From NCBI RefSeq assembly GCF_009914755.1, contig NC_060932.1: DNA of 64,000 bases, one strand, 5' to 3'. Position 1 is the first letter of the stretch, and every line of letters begins with the position of its first letter. This document shows, one piece after another, positions 14,791 to 28,385 of this stretch. The notes beneath the pieces were generated by a model. It was not told the DNA's origin. It was given only the letters and a program-made list of their open reading frames with translations, and made no database searches. This stretch comes from the human T2T-CHM13v2.0 reference genome, Homo sapiens. The translations under genes were made by a program, and so were the position numbers.

Positions 14791-16658
14791 CTTATTATAA
14801 ATATGTAAAGGATTTACCATAGTACTTGATCCATAGATGGCATTCACTGAACAGTTGTTTTCTTTCTATGGTTGTAAATTACTAATCATTATTAACTTTA
14901 AGATATAGAAGCCCTTATAAAATAATAGCCAGTTCTTGACTAACTCAGATTAGTCCATCTTTGGAGGTACAATTTTTTGTCAATTTTGAATCCTGAACTT
15001 ACCTATGAAAAATGGCTCCAAGCCCACATCTTACTACTCAAGACTTCAGTGTGGGCACATAGAAGATAAACTTACATGGCTATTAAACAAAGAAAGCATT
15101 AATTTCCTAGATTACTTTTCATTCCTACCCCTCCAAATCATAATCATTTCACAATTTAAATCCTCAGAAACCTGGGAATTTGTGTTTTGAATTTTTGAGT
15201 TCTTAATCCTTTGATGCAGACATTTGGAAGATATTAGAATTCCTAATCTTTATGAATGTTGACCTGCTTTAAACCACACATTAATATTTATTAAGAGCTA
15301 TATGATCTTTTTAAAAAGTGAAGTGCCTTTCAATAAATGTTTGAAACTAATTTTATGTCACACATAATATCAGCTACTTTTACATTAGCTTTACTTATGG
15401 GCACCTACTGTTTCTTTCCCTAAAATTCATTCAACATATATTCACTCAGAAAATATCTATTGAATTATTTTTGTAGAGATAACTGTAAGAGAAAGAGAAA
15501 ATAGAGAAATGTAAGAAACGTAATAATACGAAAAAGAACATGATAGGAGAAAAATATATGAGACATCAATTCCTCTTGGGTCATCAATAACATCTTTGTT
15601 GGGAATATAGCATTTGATCAAACTCTTGGAGGAAACAGATTTTAAAAACCCAAATTTTTCTTTTAACTTTTATGTTCTCATAAAAATTTCATTGGCTTGC
15701 AGAAACTATAATAAAAAACTAAAACATTAATAATCCAAAGGGGGTAAAAATGTATCCATGATAAATCTCAAACATTTGTCAGAATCCTATTGAAATTTTT
15801 TGACTTTAGAGTCGCAGTGCAAAATCTGTTTTAAACTCTTAAAAGATTGAAGTTCCTGAGAGTGAAAAATGGTGGAGGAGGGGGAAAGGAGAGGGATCCA
15901 TGTCTGCAGGTGCCTGTGAAACTGAGGTGGCCACGAAGAGTCTTCTGACATCTTTTCACGTATCACCTGAAAAAATTATGAGACCCAAAAAAGTGGAGAA
16001 GCTTATGATTACTTTAATTCTATGTTTAAAGACTTAATGCAGAAGACACCATTTTAATACACTCTTCCTTTTGGAGTTTGGCAAAACAACCCATAAGAGA
16101 GATATTGGATTTGTTTTCTTTGGCAGAGAGGAGCAGTCTGGACTTCTTTCATCTGAAACTCTTTACCATCTTTGGAGAGAGAGCCGCTGAGATAATGGCC
16201 AATTTGTGCATTCTCCAAGGGACCCAAAAGGAAGCTGGAAGCATCTCTGAAAATATTGACATTCAACAGGAAGTTCCAAGAGTCATTACAAAAAAGAGAG
16301 AAAGGAAAAAACATATATATTTATATTATATATTATTATATATATTCTGATGTATTGTTTATTGATTTTTAAAAGCCATTAGATTGCAACGTTATTCATC
16401 TAAAAATGTCTGAAGTGTCATGGGGCCACAGAGAGCCAATATCAATTAGTTGCTTAAGTTATGAATTCACAGCTAACCACAACACCCGCTTAAGGAAAGC
16501 AGACAGTGCTTTTACAGTGCCTAAATATTACACAGGCAAATTGAATAATGAATTAAGACAATCGTACAGAAAAACAAAAACCTAGCTAAAGAGTTTTGTA
16601 ATCTGAAAATCCCATTTTCTCTACCTAGATTTATCGAGATACATTGCTTGTTTTGATT

Positions 16659-16661
<3 letters not shown>

Positions 16662-16702
<41 letters not shown>

Positions 16703-16986
16703 AGACGGAGTCTGGGTCTGTCGCCCAGGCTGGAGTGCAGTGGCACGATCTCGGCTACACTGCAAGCTCCGCCTCCTGGGTTCACGCCATTCTCCTGCCT
16801 CAGCCTCCTGAGTAGCTGGGACTGCAGGCGCCCGCCACCAAGCCCAGCTAATTTTTTTTTTTGTATTTTCAGTAGGACGGGGTTTCACTGTGTTAGCAGG
16901 ATGGTCTTGATCTCCTGGCCTCGTGATCCAACCGCCTCGGCCTCCCAAAGTGCTGGGATTACAGGCATGAGCCACCGCACCTGGCT
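16662..16986 (-). mobile_element. AluY with a 40-nt pure poly(A) tail
   Basis: AluY diagnostics 'actgcaagctccgcctcc', 'ttcacgccattctcc', 'tgtgttag'; many CpGs retained; T40 at 16662-16701. Confidence 0.95.
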
Positions 16987-17114
16987 CTTGATTGAATTTT
17001 AATTGCATTTTAAATTAGAGTCAGATAGAATATCTTACAGAAACCAGGTACTAGGTGGGCATTTCAGGGGGCTTCTTCGCCAAGTGCTAGAAGCCATATG
17101 GCCTGGAGATGAGA

Positions 17115-17310
17115 ACATAAGAATGCAGGCTGTGGTATCAAAGCTAGGCTCTGCTGTTTCCCAACCAGGTGAGCCTGGTTCATTTACTTGACCTCTCTGA
17201 ACCTCAGTTTTCATGTCTGTAAAATAGAGTAAACAACTAACTCTTAGAGTCCTGCTGAGGGGTAAAACACGTACCACAATATTTAATAAATGAGAGCCAT
17301 TATTATCACT
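17115..17310 (+). mobile_element. MIR
   Basis: 'ttacttgacctctctgaacctcagttttcatgtctgtaaaatag'. Confidence 0.75.
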
Positions 17311-17869
17311 GCATGCTCAAGTAATTTCTTCAACTTCTTGATTTAAGCACTGCTCACTTCAAGTTGAAATTGATTTTTTTTTTTTTTAACTGACTTAAAT
17401 ACGAAACAAAAGAACATATTTCAGCAACTTTTCTAACAACCACCTAAAAACCTTGGAAAGGCCTCTCAATTTTAGGCTTGAGAACTGGCATGAAGAAAGA
17501 CATTTTTTAAAATAATAGATATTACATGAAAAGCTATCCCCTTGCTGCAGTCTCGCAGGCTTTTGCAGACACTAATGATCCTGGGAACAAACACAAGCTA
17601 GCACCTGGACTTTTTGCATTTGGATCCAGGCACCCCCCCGCCTCCCATCACTAGACATCACAAAGCCTGGGAAGACATGTGTAAGGTGTGCCTCTTGGAC
17701 ACAGTATTTCCTTTGGGTGGGACATTAAACATTGGACTTTAGTACTGTATTCATTGGAGACATTGGAATGCTTTCACGGGTGAAGATTTTAAGTAAACTT
17801 CTATACAGATTTTTAATGAGAAAGCTAGGCATATCTCTTTTTGCACCGGTTTGAATAAAATCTCCCGAA

Positions 17870-18110
17870 AAAGAGAAAGACTGGTTACTACTGTAGGATG
17901 ACTATGGTTAACAATTATATATGATGTAGTTTCAAATAGCTAGAAGGAGAATATTGGATTATCCAACACAAAGAAATGATAAATGTTTTAGATGATGGAT
18001 ATACCAATTACCTTGATGCAATCACTATACATTATACATATGTAAACATCACCATATACCCATGAATATGATCAATTATTATTTGTCAGTCTAAAAACGT
18101 AACATTTTTT
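17870..18110 (+). mobile_element. L1MA-type 3' end
   Basis: 'ttcaaatagctagaaggagaat...caacacaaagaaatgataaatgttt...gatgatggatat'. Confidence 0.85.
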
Positions 18111-20469
18111 TAAAAGAGTAGGATAATATTTGTTGTCCCTTCCAAACATATTATCTCATAAATGTTATTTTGTGATATGTTGCTTGGGTGTATTGTGTTG
18201 CCTTAGCCCCCTTCCAAATGTCCTCTTCCTGGATATTCACTGTGGATGGCTAAGTGTGCCTGACCATCCACCCCTCTATGGTGCCTCTTGGCATAAAATA
18301 ATGGTGGGGAAAAAAAACCCAGCAGAGTAAACTAGAATAATGCCACAAACTTCAGAGACCATTGTAAATATTGACTTACGTTGTGCTCACACCAGTCTTG
18401 CAGTAAGTGTCAGTTGTCTTTAAGATTGCATGTAATCAACACATTGTGATGGGTTTTATGGTTATAATTATAAGCAGAAAACTAACCTGCAGACCCAGCT
18501 TATCCACTGAAAGAACAGTGAACCAAGCCTACATCCACAAGACTAGAACATACTTTTAAGTGTAATTAGCACAGTGCTTGGCTTTAATGGTGCAATTCTT
18601 CATGACTGTGATGAATCTAGGAGAAATGTGAAAAAATGACAGCCCTAGCTTACCCAACTCTATAAAAGTCAGACCAAATTACTCAGAGTATTTATATGGC
18701 AATGGAAAAATATTTTTAAAGCAGAAAAATTTCTGATCACCATGGATTCTGATCTACATAATCAGACAGCTCTATGTTTGGTCAAGAATAGCACAATTTT
18801 CCATTCCACTTTGAAAAATAGAAATTTTTGCTCAACATTTATCAAAAGTCTGCTTTGATCATTTTTTCTATTCTTACCTTAAAAATGTCTCAGTAAATGA
18901 AACAAATGAAAAGCAAAATTAGTGATTCCACTGGCTTTTTTCCCAGACTAAGTACACACAGCAAAATGAGATTTTTATATTTCTAAACATCTGCATTTCA
19001 TTCACATCTTCTCCTAAGTAGAGAATTAGAGACAGAATGAAGGACCAGTTCTTCATCTACAGAACAAGGGTGCCCGGGATTGAATAGGCCAAATATCTTA
19101 GGAAGTCCATCCACTGAGAGAAAAACCCTAAACCACACCTCACAGTTGTGAATATTCTTATATGTTTCCTCCTACCCAGCAGATTGTCCTGGGTGACTGC
19201 TTACATTCTTTAGATTTGGTAATAAACAGTTGCCATTTTGACCATTTCCTTTTGTAGACTCACAAACTGCAGAATAACTAAATAACTCCTTTCCTTTGAT
19301 GGCCTTGCCCAAGGGCTGTTTTAGCACCTCATAAATCCTGTAATTGTATGGGATCATTTGGCAGTGTGTGGATTTTTCTGTTAAATCACAGTAAGAAGAA
19401 GATCAGGAGGAAACCTGAAAAATAAAGCATTATAGTGGCATTAGAAGATTTATAGTGAGAGTGAATAGCACTGGCAAAACCCCAGCCAGGCCTTTGTTAC
19501 TGGTAAGAAGACATGGCTAAGCATTAAATATCTCTTGTATTAGCTGAGGGTAGAACTTAGAGTTAGATCCAGTTCTTTTTTTCTCCTATGCATTTCTGGT
19601 GTCAGTGAGAATAGAGTAGAATTTTAAAGTAGGCACAACTGTCAAGGAGATTGATTGAGGCAGTGTTTATGCCCATTTGTATAGATGTCCTGTAAATGGA
19701 CTTATTACATGGTCCTTGGAAAAAAATAGGCATAAGAAACAGAGAACACTTAACCTATTGTACATGTGTTGTTTTTGTTTTGTGTATGTGTATGCTTTCC
19801 TCAGAGGGTCTCTGTCAAATAAGCGTGCCTAAAAGCATTGCAGGATTTTGCAGCTTTTATAAACTGCATTTTCATGTCTCAAGAAGCAGATAGTATGAAG
19901 TTGGGAAGGTTGGGGTTTGCCAGACCATGCCATGTCGGCTGTTGGAGAGAGGCCAGCAGTGGATTGGAAATCCAAATTGTACCCCGTTTAATAAAATCTG
20001 TGCTATTCCTTGGATAAGAAATGTTAGCTGCCGTTTATAAAATGCTTCGAGAACAGAGAAGTATAAAAACATACAAAGCATTTCCCCTAATGGTATTAAA
20101 TTTAAATGTTTTCTAGCAAGTTGAAACCAGTATAAAGCTTCAGTAATTAACAGATTAAGATCTATCGACAGACTCTTCACATCAGAAATTAAAAGGAAAA
20201 TTACAGGTCTCTTAAGAAGTTAAGGCTTCTCATAAAGCAATGGCAAGGAATAACTGCACACCTTAACGGAAATTTTTTTTGGCAAAATAAGCAGCACTAA
20301 ATTATATGGAATGCGTAATTCTTTTGAACTCTCTGAGACTGCGAATCCTATAAAATAGAAGTTTCAGGCTTTTTTAAGTGATTGTTAATATCAAAAGAAA
20401 TGTATTGGAAATAACTAATAATAAATTTTGACTGTGTTGAAACTTATCTAAGCCTTGTTCAAGGGTGCC

Positions 20470-21010
20470 ATCTCGCCTCTATACTCTCTCTCCAGGTGAT
20501 CGCAAACACTCCCAGGCCTTCTAATATCATATATGTCAAACCCAGTGAATCCCAAATTCAATATCCCACCTCTGGTATCTTACTTGAGCTCAAAACCGTT
20601 GTGCTCAGTTACCAGGCTTACAACTCTAATTTCTAATTTATCACCTATCTCAAAGTTGACTTGTCCAAAACAGAACTTTTGATTATCAATTTCACCCCAC
20701 ACGTGTTTACATGCACACACACACACACCCACACAAACACACAAAATAAAAACAAAGCTGCTTGTCCTTTCCCATCCCATTAAATAGTATCACCTTTCTC
20801 CCAGTTGCCCAGGCCAAAACCTAGGAATTTCCCATAATTATTCTCTTTCTCTCACCTCCCATAGGTAATCCTTCAACAAGATCTGTTGGCTCTACCTTTA
20901 GAGTACATACCACATACTTCCACTTCTCTTCCTTTCCACTGCTGCTACACTATTCTAAAGCACCATTAATTCTCTTTGGCTCCTTAGAGGGTCTATTGCT
21001 TCTATTCTTG
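20470..21010 (+). mobile_element. L2 fragment
   Basis: 'ctctatactctctctccaggtgat...tctcaaagttgacttgtccaaaacagaact...ccagttgcccaggccaaaacctagga'. Confidence 0.75.
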
Positions 21011-22855
21011 TACTCAGTCCAAGGAAAAGGACATAGACAGAATTCCACAAATTATAAGGAGGCAATTGAAGGTGCTTGAACAGGGATATAGAAATTAAGC
21101 AGTCAGCAAAGTGAATTAGCGCAATGAGAGGATCAAACTATGATAAAGGACAACTGAAAAAGTTCAAGGAGAAGATGGCCAATTGGTAATGTGATAATTG
21201 TTAAGAAGCACTTAAATTTCACCAAAAGAAAAGTCAACCAAACTAAGAATTACAGTCATTAAGACACCCCCCCAACTCTAATCTAAACTATCATACAGCT
21301 ATTGACTAGTTAGTGAAAATGATCAATTAGTAGACATTACAAACCCCATGTGAGCACTGTATCAAAGGAACTGACATCTATGCATCTATTGGTTTAGTCC
21401 ATTAAATTATCAATCAACAAACACTTGTTGAGAAGTATTCCACCCAGGTACCATGGTCTACCCTAGTAGTACTGAGATTAAATTGGTAAAGAACCCTCTA
21501 GGAGCTCACAACCTAGAGAAAGGAATGCAAGTAGAGGGGGTGGCTGGCAAGATGGCCAAATAGGAACAGCTCTGGTCTGCAGCTCCCAGCAAGATCAACA
21601 CAGAAGGCAGGTGATTTCTGCATTTCCAACTGAGGTACTCAGCTCATCTCATCGGGATTGGTTAGACAGTGGATGCAGCCCACCGAGGATGAGCAGAAGC
21701 AGGGTGGGGCATTGCCTCACCCAGGAAGTGCAAGGAGTTGGGAAACTCCCTCCCCTAGCCAAGGGAAGCCATGAGGGACTGTGCGGTGAGGAATGGTGCA
21801 TTCCAGCCCAGATACTACGCTTTTCCCATGGTCTTTGCAACCTACACACCAGGAGATTCCCTCGAGTGCCTACACTACCAGGGCCCTGGGTTTCAGGTAG
21901 AAAATGGGGCAGCCATTTGGGTAGACACTGAGCTAGCTGCAGGAGTTTTTTCATACCCTAGTGGTGCCTGGAACAGCAGCGAGACAGAACCATTCACTCC
22001 CCTGGAAAGGAGGCTGAAGCCAGTGAGTCAAATGGTCTAGCTCAGTGGATCCCATTTCCACGGAGCCCAGCAAGCTAAAATCCACTGGCTTGAAATTCTC
22101 ACTGCCAGCACAGCAGTCTGAAGTTGACCTGGGACACTTAAGCTTGGTGGGGTGAGGGTCCACCATTACTGAGGTTTGAGTAAGTGGTTTTCCCACACAG
22201 TGTAAACAAAGCCATCGAGACGTTCAAACTGGGTAGAGCCCACTGCAGCTCGGTAAAGCCACTGTAGGCAGACTGCCTATCTAGATTCCTCCTCTCTGAG
22301 CAGGGCATCTCTGAAAGAAAGGCAGCGGCCCCAGTCAGGGGCTTATAGATAAAACTCCCTTCTTGCTGGGACAGAGCACAAGGGGCAAGGGGCAGCTGTG
22401 GGTGCAGCTTCAGCAGACTTAAACATTCCTGCCTGCCAAAACTGAAGAAAGCAGCGGATCTCCCAGCACAGCACTCCAGTTCTGCTAAGGGATAGACTGC
22501 CTCCTCAAGTGGGTCCCTGACCCCCATGCCTCCTAACCGGCAGACACATTCCAGCAGGGGTTGACAGACACCTCATACAGGAGAGCTCCAGCTGGCATCT
22601 GGTGGCTGCCCCTCTGGGATGAAGCTTCCAGAGGAAGGAACAGGCAGCAATATTTGCCATTCTGCAGCCTCCGCTGGTGATACCCAGGCCAACAAGGTCT
22701 GGAGTGGACCTCCAGCAAACTCCAGCAGACCTGCAGCAGAGAGGCCTGTTAGAAGGAAAACTAACAAAAAGGAATAGCATCAACATCAGCAAAAAAGATG
22801 TCCACACAAAAACCCCATCTGAAGGTCACTAACATCAAAGACCATAGATATATCC

Positions 22856-23876
22856 ATGAAGGTGAAGAAAAACCAGCACAAAAAGGCTGAAAATTCCAAA
22901 AACCAGAATGCCTCTTCTCCTCCAAAAGATCACAACTCCTTGCCAGCAAAGGAACAAAACTGGATGAAGAATGAGTTTGACGAATTGACAGAAGTAGGCT
23001 TCAGAAGGTGGGTAAAAACAAACTCCTTCAAACTAAAGGAGTATGTTCTAACCCAATGCAAGGAAGCTAAGGACCTTGATAAAAAGGTTAGAGGAATTTC
23101 TAACTAGAATAACCGTTTAGAAAAGAACATAAATGACCTGATGGAGATGAAAAACAAACTACAAGAACTTCGTGAAGCATACACAAGTATCAATAGCTGA
23201 AACAATCAAGTGGAAGAAAGGATATCAGAGATTGAAGATCAACTTAATGAAATAAAGTGTGAAGACAACATTAGATAAAAAAGAATGAAAAGGAACGAAC
23301 AAAGCCTCCAAGAAATATGGGACCGTGTGAAAAGATCAAACATACATTTGATTGGTGTACCCGAAAGTGATGGGGAGAATGGAACCAAGTTGGAAAACAC
23401 TCTTCAGGATATTATCCAGGAAGACTTCCCCAACCTAGCAAGACAGGGCAACATTCAAATTCAGGAAATACAGAGAATGCCACAAAGATATTCCCCGAGA
23501 AGATCAACCCCGAGACACATAATCATCAGATTCACCAAGGTTGAAATGAAGGAAAAAATGTTAAGGGCAGCCAGAGAGAAAGGTCAGGTTACCCACAAAG
23601 GGAAGCCCATCAGACTAACAGCAGATCTCTTGGCAGAAATCATACAAGCCAGAAGAGTGGGGGCCAATATTCAACATTCTTAAAGAAAAGAATTTTCAAC
23701 CCAGAATTTCATATCCAGCCAAACTATGCTTCATAAGTGAAGGAGAAATAAAATCTTTTATAGACAAGCAAATGCTTGTCACCACCAAGCCTGCCTTACA
23801 AGAGCTCCTGAAGGAAGCACTAAACATGGAAAGGAACAATGGGTTACCAACCCTGCAAAAACATACCAAATTGTAA
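22856..23876 (+). pseudogene. L1 ORF1p, disrupted
   Basis: KNQHKKAENSKNQNASSPPKDHNS, then NEQSLQEIWD...TPRHIIIRFTKVEMKEKMLRAAREKG; several stops and frameshifts. Confidence 0.92.
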
Positions 23877-23939
23877 AGACCATTGACACTATGAAGAAAC
23901 TGCATCAACTAACATGCAAAATAACCAGCTAGCATCATA

Positions 23940-26900
23940 ATGGCAGGATCAAATTCACACATAACAATATTAACTGTAAATGTAAACGGGCTAAATGCCC
24001 CAATTAAAAGACAGGGACTGGCAAATTGGATGAAGAGTCAAGAACCACCAGTGTGCTGTATTTAGGAGACCCATCTCATGAGCAAAGAAACACACAGGCT
24101 CAAAATAAAGGGATGGAGGAATATTTATCAAGCAAATGGAAAGCAAAAAAAGGCAGGGGTTGCAATCCTAGTCTCTGATAAAACAGATTTTAAACCAAAA
24201 AAGATAAAAAAAGACAAAGAAGGGCATTACATAATGGTAAAGGGATCAATGTAACAAGAAGAGCTAACTATCCTAAATATACATGCACCCAATATAGGAG
24301 CACCCAGATTCATTAAGCAAGTTCTTAGAGACCTACAAAGAGACGTAGACTCCCACACAATAATAGTGGGAGAATTTAACACCCCACTGTCAACATTAGA
24401 CTGATCAATGAGACAGAAAATTAATAAGGATATTCAGGACTTGAACTCAGCTCTGGACCAAGCAGACCTAATAGACATCTACAGAACTCTCCACCCCAAA
24501 TCAACAGAATATACATTCTTCTCAGCACCACATTGCACTTATTCTAAAATTGACCGCATAATTGAAAGCAAAACACTCCTAAGCAAATGCAAAAGAACAG
24601 AAATCATAACAAACTATCTCAGACCACAATACAATCAAATTAGAACTCAGGATTAAGAAACTCACTCAAAACCGCACAACTGCAGGAAAACTGAACAACC
24701 TGCTCCTGAATAACTACTGGGTAAATGACAAAATGAAGGCAGAAATAAATAAGTTTTTTGAAACCAATGAGAACAAAGACACAAAGTACCAGAATCTCTG
24801 GGACACAACTAAAGCAGTGTTTAGAGGGAAGTTTATAGCACTAAATGCCCACAGGAGAAAGCAACAGAAAAGATCTAAAATCGACACCCGAATATCACAA
24901 TTAAAAGAACTAGAAAAGCAAGAGCAAACAAATTCAAAAGTTAGCAGAAGACAGGAATAACTAAGATCAGAGCAGAACGGAAGGAGACAGAGACACGAAA
25001 AACTCTTCAAAAAACAATGAATCCAGGAGCTGATTTTTTGAAAAGATTAACAAAACAGATAGAACACTAGCCAGACTAATAAAGAAGAAAAGTGAGAAGA
25101 ATAAAATAGACACAAGAAAAAATGATAAAAGAGATATCACCACTGATCCCATAGAAATACAACCTATCATCAGAGAATACTATAAACACCTCTATGCAAA
25201 TAAACTAGAAAATCTAGAAGAAATGAATAAATTCCTGGACACATGCACCCTCCCAAGACTAAACTAGGAAGAAGTTGAATCCCTGAATAGACCAATAACA
25301 AGTTCTGAAATTGAGGCAGTAATTAATAGCCTACCAACCAATAAAAGTCCAGGACCAGACGGATTCACAGCCGAATTCTACCAGAGGTACAAAGAGGAGC
25401 TGGTAACATTCCTTTTGAAACTATTCAAAACAATAGAAAAAGACGGACTCCTCCCTAACTCCTTTTATGATGCCAGCATCATCCTGATACCAAAACCTGG
25501 CAGAGACACAACAAAAACAAGAAAATTTCGGGCCAATATCCCTGATGAACATCAATGAGAAAATCCTCAATAAAATACTGGCAAACTGAATCCAGCAGCA
25601 CATCAAAAAGCTTATCCACCACGATCAAGTCAGCCTCATATCTGGGATGCAAGGCTGGTTCAACATACACAAATCACTAAATGTAATCAATCACATAAAC
25701 AGAACCAATGACAAAAACCACATGATTATCTCAATAGGTGCAGAAAAGGCCTTTGATAAAATTCAACACCCCTTCATGCTAAAAACTCTCAATAAACTAG
25801 GTATTGAGGGAATGTATCTCAAAATAATGAGAGCCATTTATGACAAACCCACAGCCAATATCATACTGAATGGGCAAAACATGGAAGCATTCCCCTTGAA
25901 AACTGGCACAAGACAAGGATGCCCTCTCTCACCACTCCCATTCAACGTAGTATTGGAAGTTCTGGCCAGGTCAATCAGGCAAGAGAAAGAAATAAAGTGT
26001 GTTGAAATAGGAAGAGAGGAAGTCAAATTGTCTCTCTTTGCAGATGACATAATTGTATATTTAGAAAACCCCATCATCTCAGCCCAAAATCTCCTTAAGC
26101 TGATAAGCAACTTCAGCAAAGTCTCAGGATACAAAATCAACGTGCAAAAATCACAAGCATTCCCACACACCAATAACAGACAAATGGAGAGCCAAATCAT
26201 GAGTGAACTCCCATTCACAATTGCTACAAAGAGAATAAAATACCTGGGGATTCACCTTAAAAGGGATGTGAAGGACCTCTTCAAGGAGAACTACAAACCA
26301 CTGCTCAAGGAAATAAAAGAGGACACAAACAAATGGAAAAACATTCCATGCTCACGGATAGGAAGAATCAATATCGTGAAAATGGCCATACTGCCCAAGG
26401 TAATTTATAGATTTAATACTATCCCCATCAAGCTACCATTGATTTTCTTCACAGAATTAGAAAAAACTACTTAAAATTTCACATGGAACCAAAAAAAGAG
26501 CTCGTATAGCCAAGATAATCCTAAGCAAAAAGAACAAACCTGGAGGTATCACGCTAACTACCTGACTTCAAACTATACTACAAGTCTACAGTAACCAAAA
26601 CAGCATGGTACTGGTACCAAAACAGATATATAGACCAATGGAACAGAACAGAGGTCTCAGAAATAATGCTACACATCAACAACCATCTGATCTTTGACAA
26701 ACCTGATGAAAACAAGGAATGGGAAAGGATTTTCTATTTCATAAATGATGTTGGGAAAACTGGCTAGCCATGTGCAGAAAACTAAAACTGGACCGCTTCC
26801 TTACACCTTATACAAAAACTAACTCAAGATGGATTAAAGACTTAAAAATAAGACCTAAAACCATAAAACCCCTAGAAGAAAACCTAAGCAATACCATTCA

Positions 26901-27792
26901 GGACATAGGAATGGGCAAAGACTTCATGAATAAAACACCAAAAGCAATGGCAACAAAAACCAAAATTGACAAATGGGATCTAATTAAACTAAAGAGCTTC
27001 TGCACAGCAAAAGAAACTATCATCAAAGTGAACAGGCAACCTACAGAATAGGAGAAAATTTTTACAATCTATCCATCTGACAAAGGGTGAATATCCAGAA
27101 TCTACAAGGAACTTAAACAAATTTACAAGAAAAAAACAAACAATCCCATCAAAAAGTGGGCAAAGGATATGAACAGACACTTCTCAAAAGAATTCAGCCT
27201 ACGAACATGAAAAAAAGCTCATCATCACTGGCCATTAGAGGAATGCAAATCAAAACCACAATGAGATACCATCTCAAGTTAGTTAGAATGACAATCATTA
27301 AAAAGTCGGGAAACAACAGATGCTAGAGAGGATGGGAAGAACTAGGAATGCTTTTACACTGTTGGTGGGACTGTAAATTAGTTCAACCATTGTGGAAGAC
27401 AGTGTGGTGATTCCTCCAGGATCTAGAACCAGAAATACCATTTCCTCCAGGATCTAGAATCAGAAATACCATTTGACCCAGCAACCCCATTACTGGGTAT
27501 ATACCCAAAGGATTATAAATCATTCTACCATAAAGACACATGCACACGTATGTTTATTGCGACACTGTTCACAATAGCAAAGACTTGGAACCAACCCAAA
27601 TGCCCATCAATGATAGACTGGATAAAGAAAATGTGGCACATATACACCATGAAATACTATGCAGCCACAAAAAAGGATGAGTGCATGTCCTTTGCAGGGA
27701 CATGGGTGAAGCTGGAAACCATCATTCTCAGCAAAATAACACAGGAACAGAAAACAAAACACTGCATGTTTTCACTCATAAGTGGGGGTTGA
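23940..27792 (+). pseudogene. L1 ORF2p (EN-RT-CCHC), disrupted
   Basis: Starts MAGSNSHITILTVNVNGLN; the RT fragment at 25647-26474 has [10 protein letters not shown] and LFADD; many stops and frameshifts. Confidence 0.93.
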
Positions 27793-28115
27793 ACAATGAG
27801 AACACATGGACACAGGGAGGAGAACATCACACACTGGGGCCTGTCAGGGTTGGGGGGCTGGGCAGGGATAGCATTAGGAGAAATACCTAATGTAAATAAC
27901 GGGTTGATGGGTGCAGCAAACCACCATGGCACGTGTATAGCTATGTAACAAACCTGCACGTTCTCCACATGTATCCCAAAACTTAAAGTATAATTTTAAA
28001 AATTTTAAAAAACAAAGAAATGCAAGTAAATAATTACAGTTTTATGTGACACATGTCATGATAGTGGTAGGAACAGGAGTCAATATTAGGAGCATCCAAA
28101 ACATCTTCATTCTAC

Positions 28116-28385
28116 ATGGGATGCTGAGGTGGGAGAATTGTTTGAGCCCAGGAGTTGAAGAACAGCATGGGAAACATAATGACACCCTGTATCTAGAAAT
28201 CTTTTTTTTAAATTTAATTTTTAAAAAATTTTTATGGTGGCACATGCCTGTAATCCTAGCTATTTGGGAGGCTGAGGCAACAGGATCCCTTGAGTCCAGG
28301 AATTCAAGGGTACAGTGAGATATGATTGTATCACTGCACTGGAGCCCAGGCTATAGAGCATGACCCTGTTTCCAATGAAAAAAGA
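28116..28385 (+). mobile_element. AluJ, 5'-truncated and degenerate
   Basis: 'tgagcccaggagtt...tgcctgtaatcctagctatttgggaggctgaggc...tcactgcact'. Confidence 0.88.

Larger units (their letters stand above)
21534..28013 (+). mobile_element. Full-length (~6.5 kb) LINE-1, L1PA7-like, inactive
   Basis: 5'UTR starts 'ggctggcaagatggccaaataggaacagctc' (YY1 site), followed by ORF1, ORF2, 3'UTR and a short A-tail. 15-bp TSD AAAGGAATGCAAGTA (21519-21533) / AAAGAAATGCAAGTA (28014-28028). Confidence 0.97.

Noticed and set aside
16054-16350. Overlapping 86-90 aa ORFs with splice-like signals on both strands
   Set aside because: No recognisable protein, weak donor, no partner coding exons.
21611-22949. Cluster of ORFs on both strands
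   Set aside because: All lie in the GC-rich L1 5'UTR; no intact ORF0 or other product could be confirmed.
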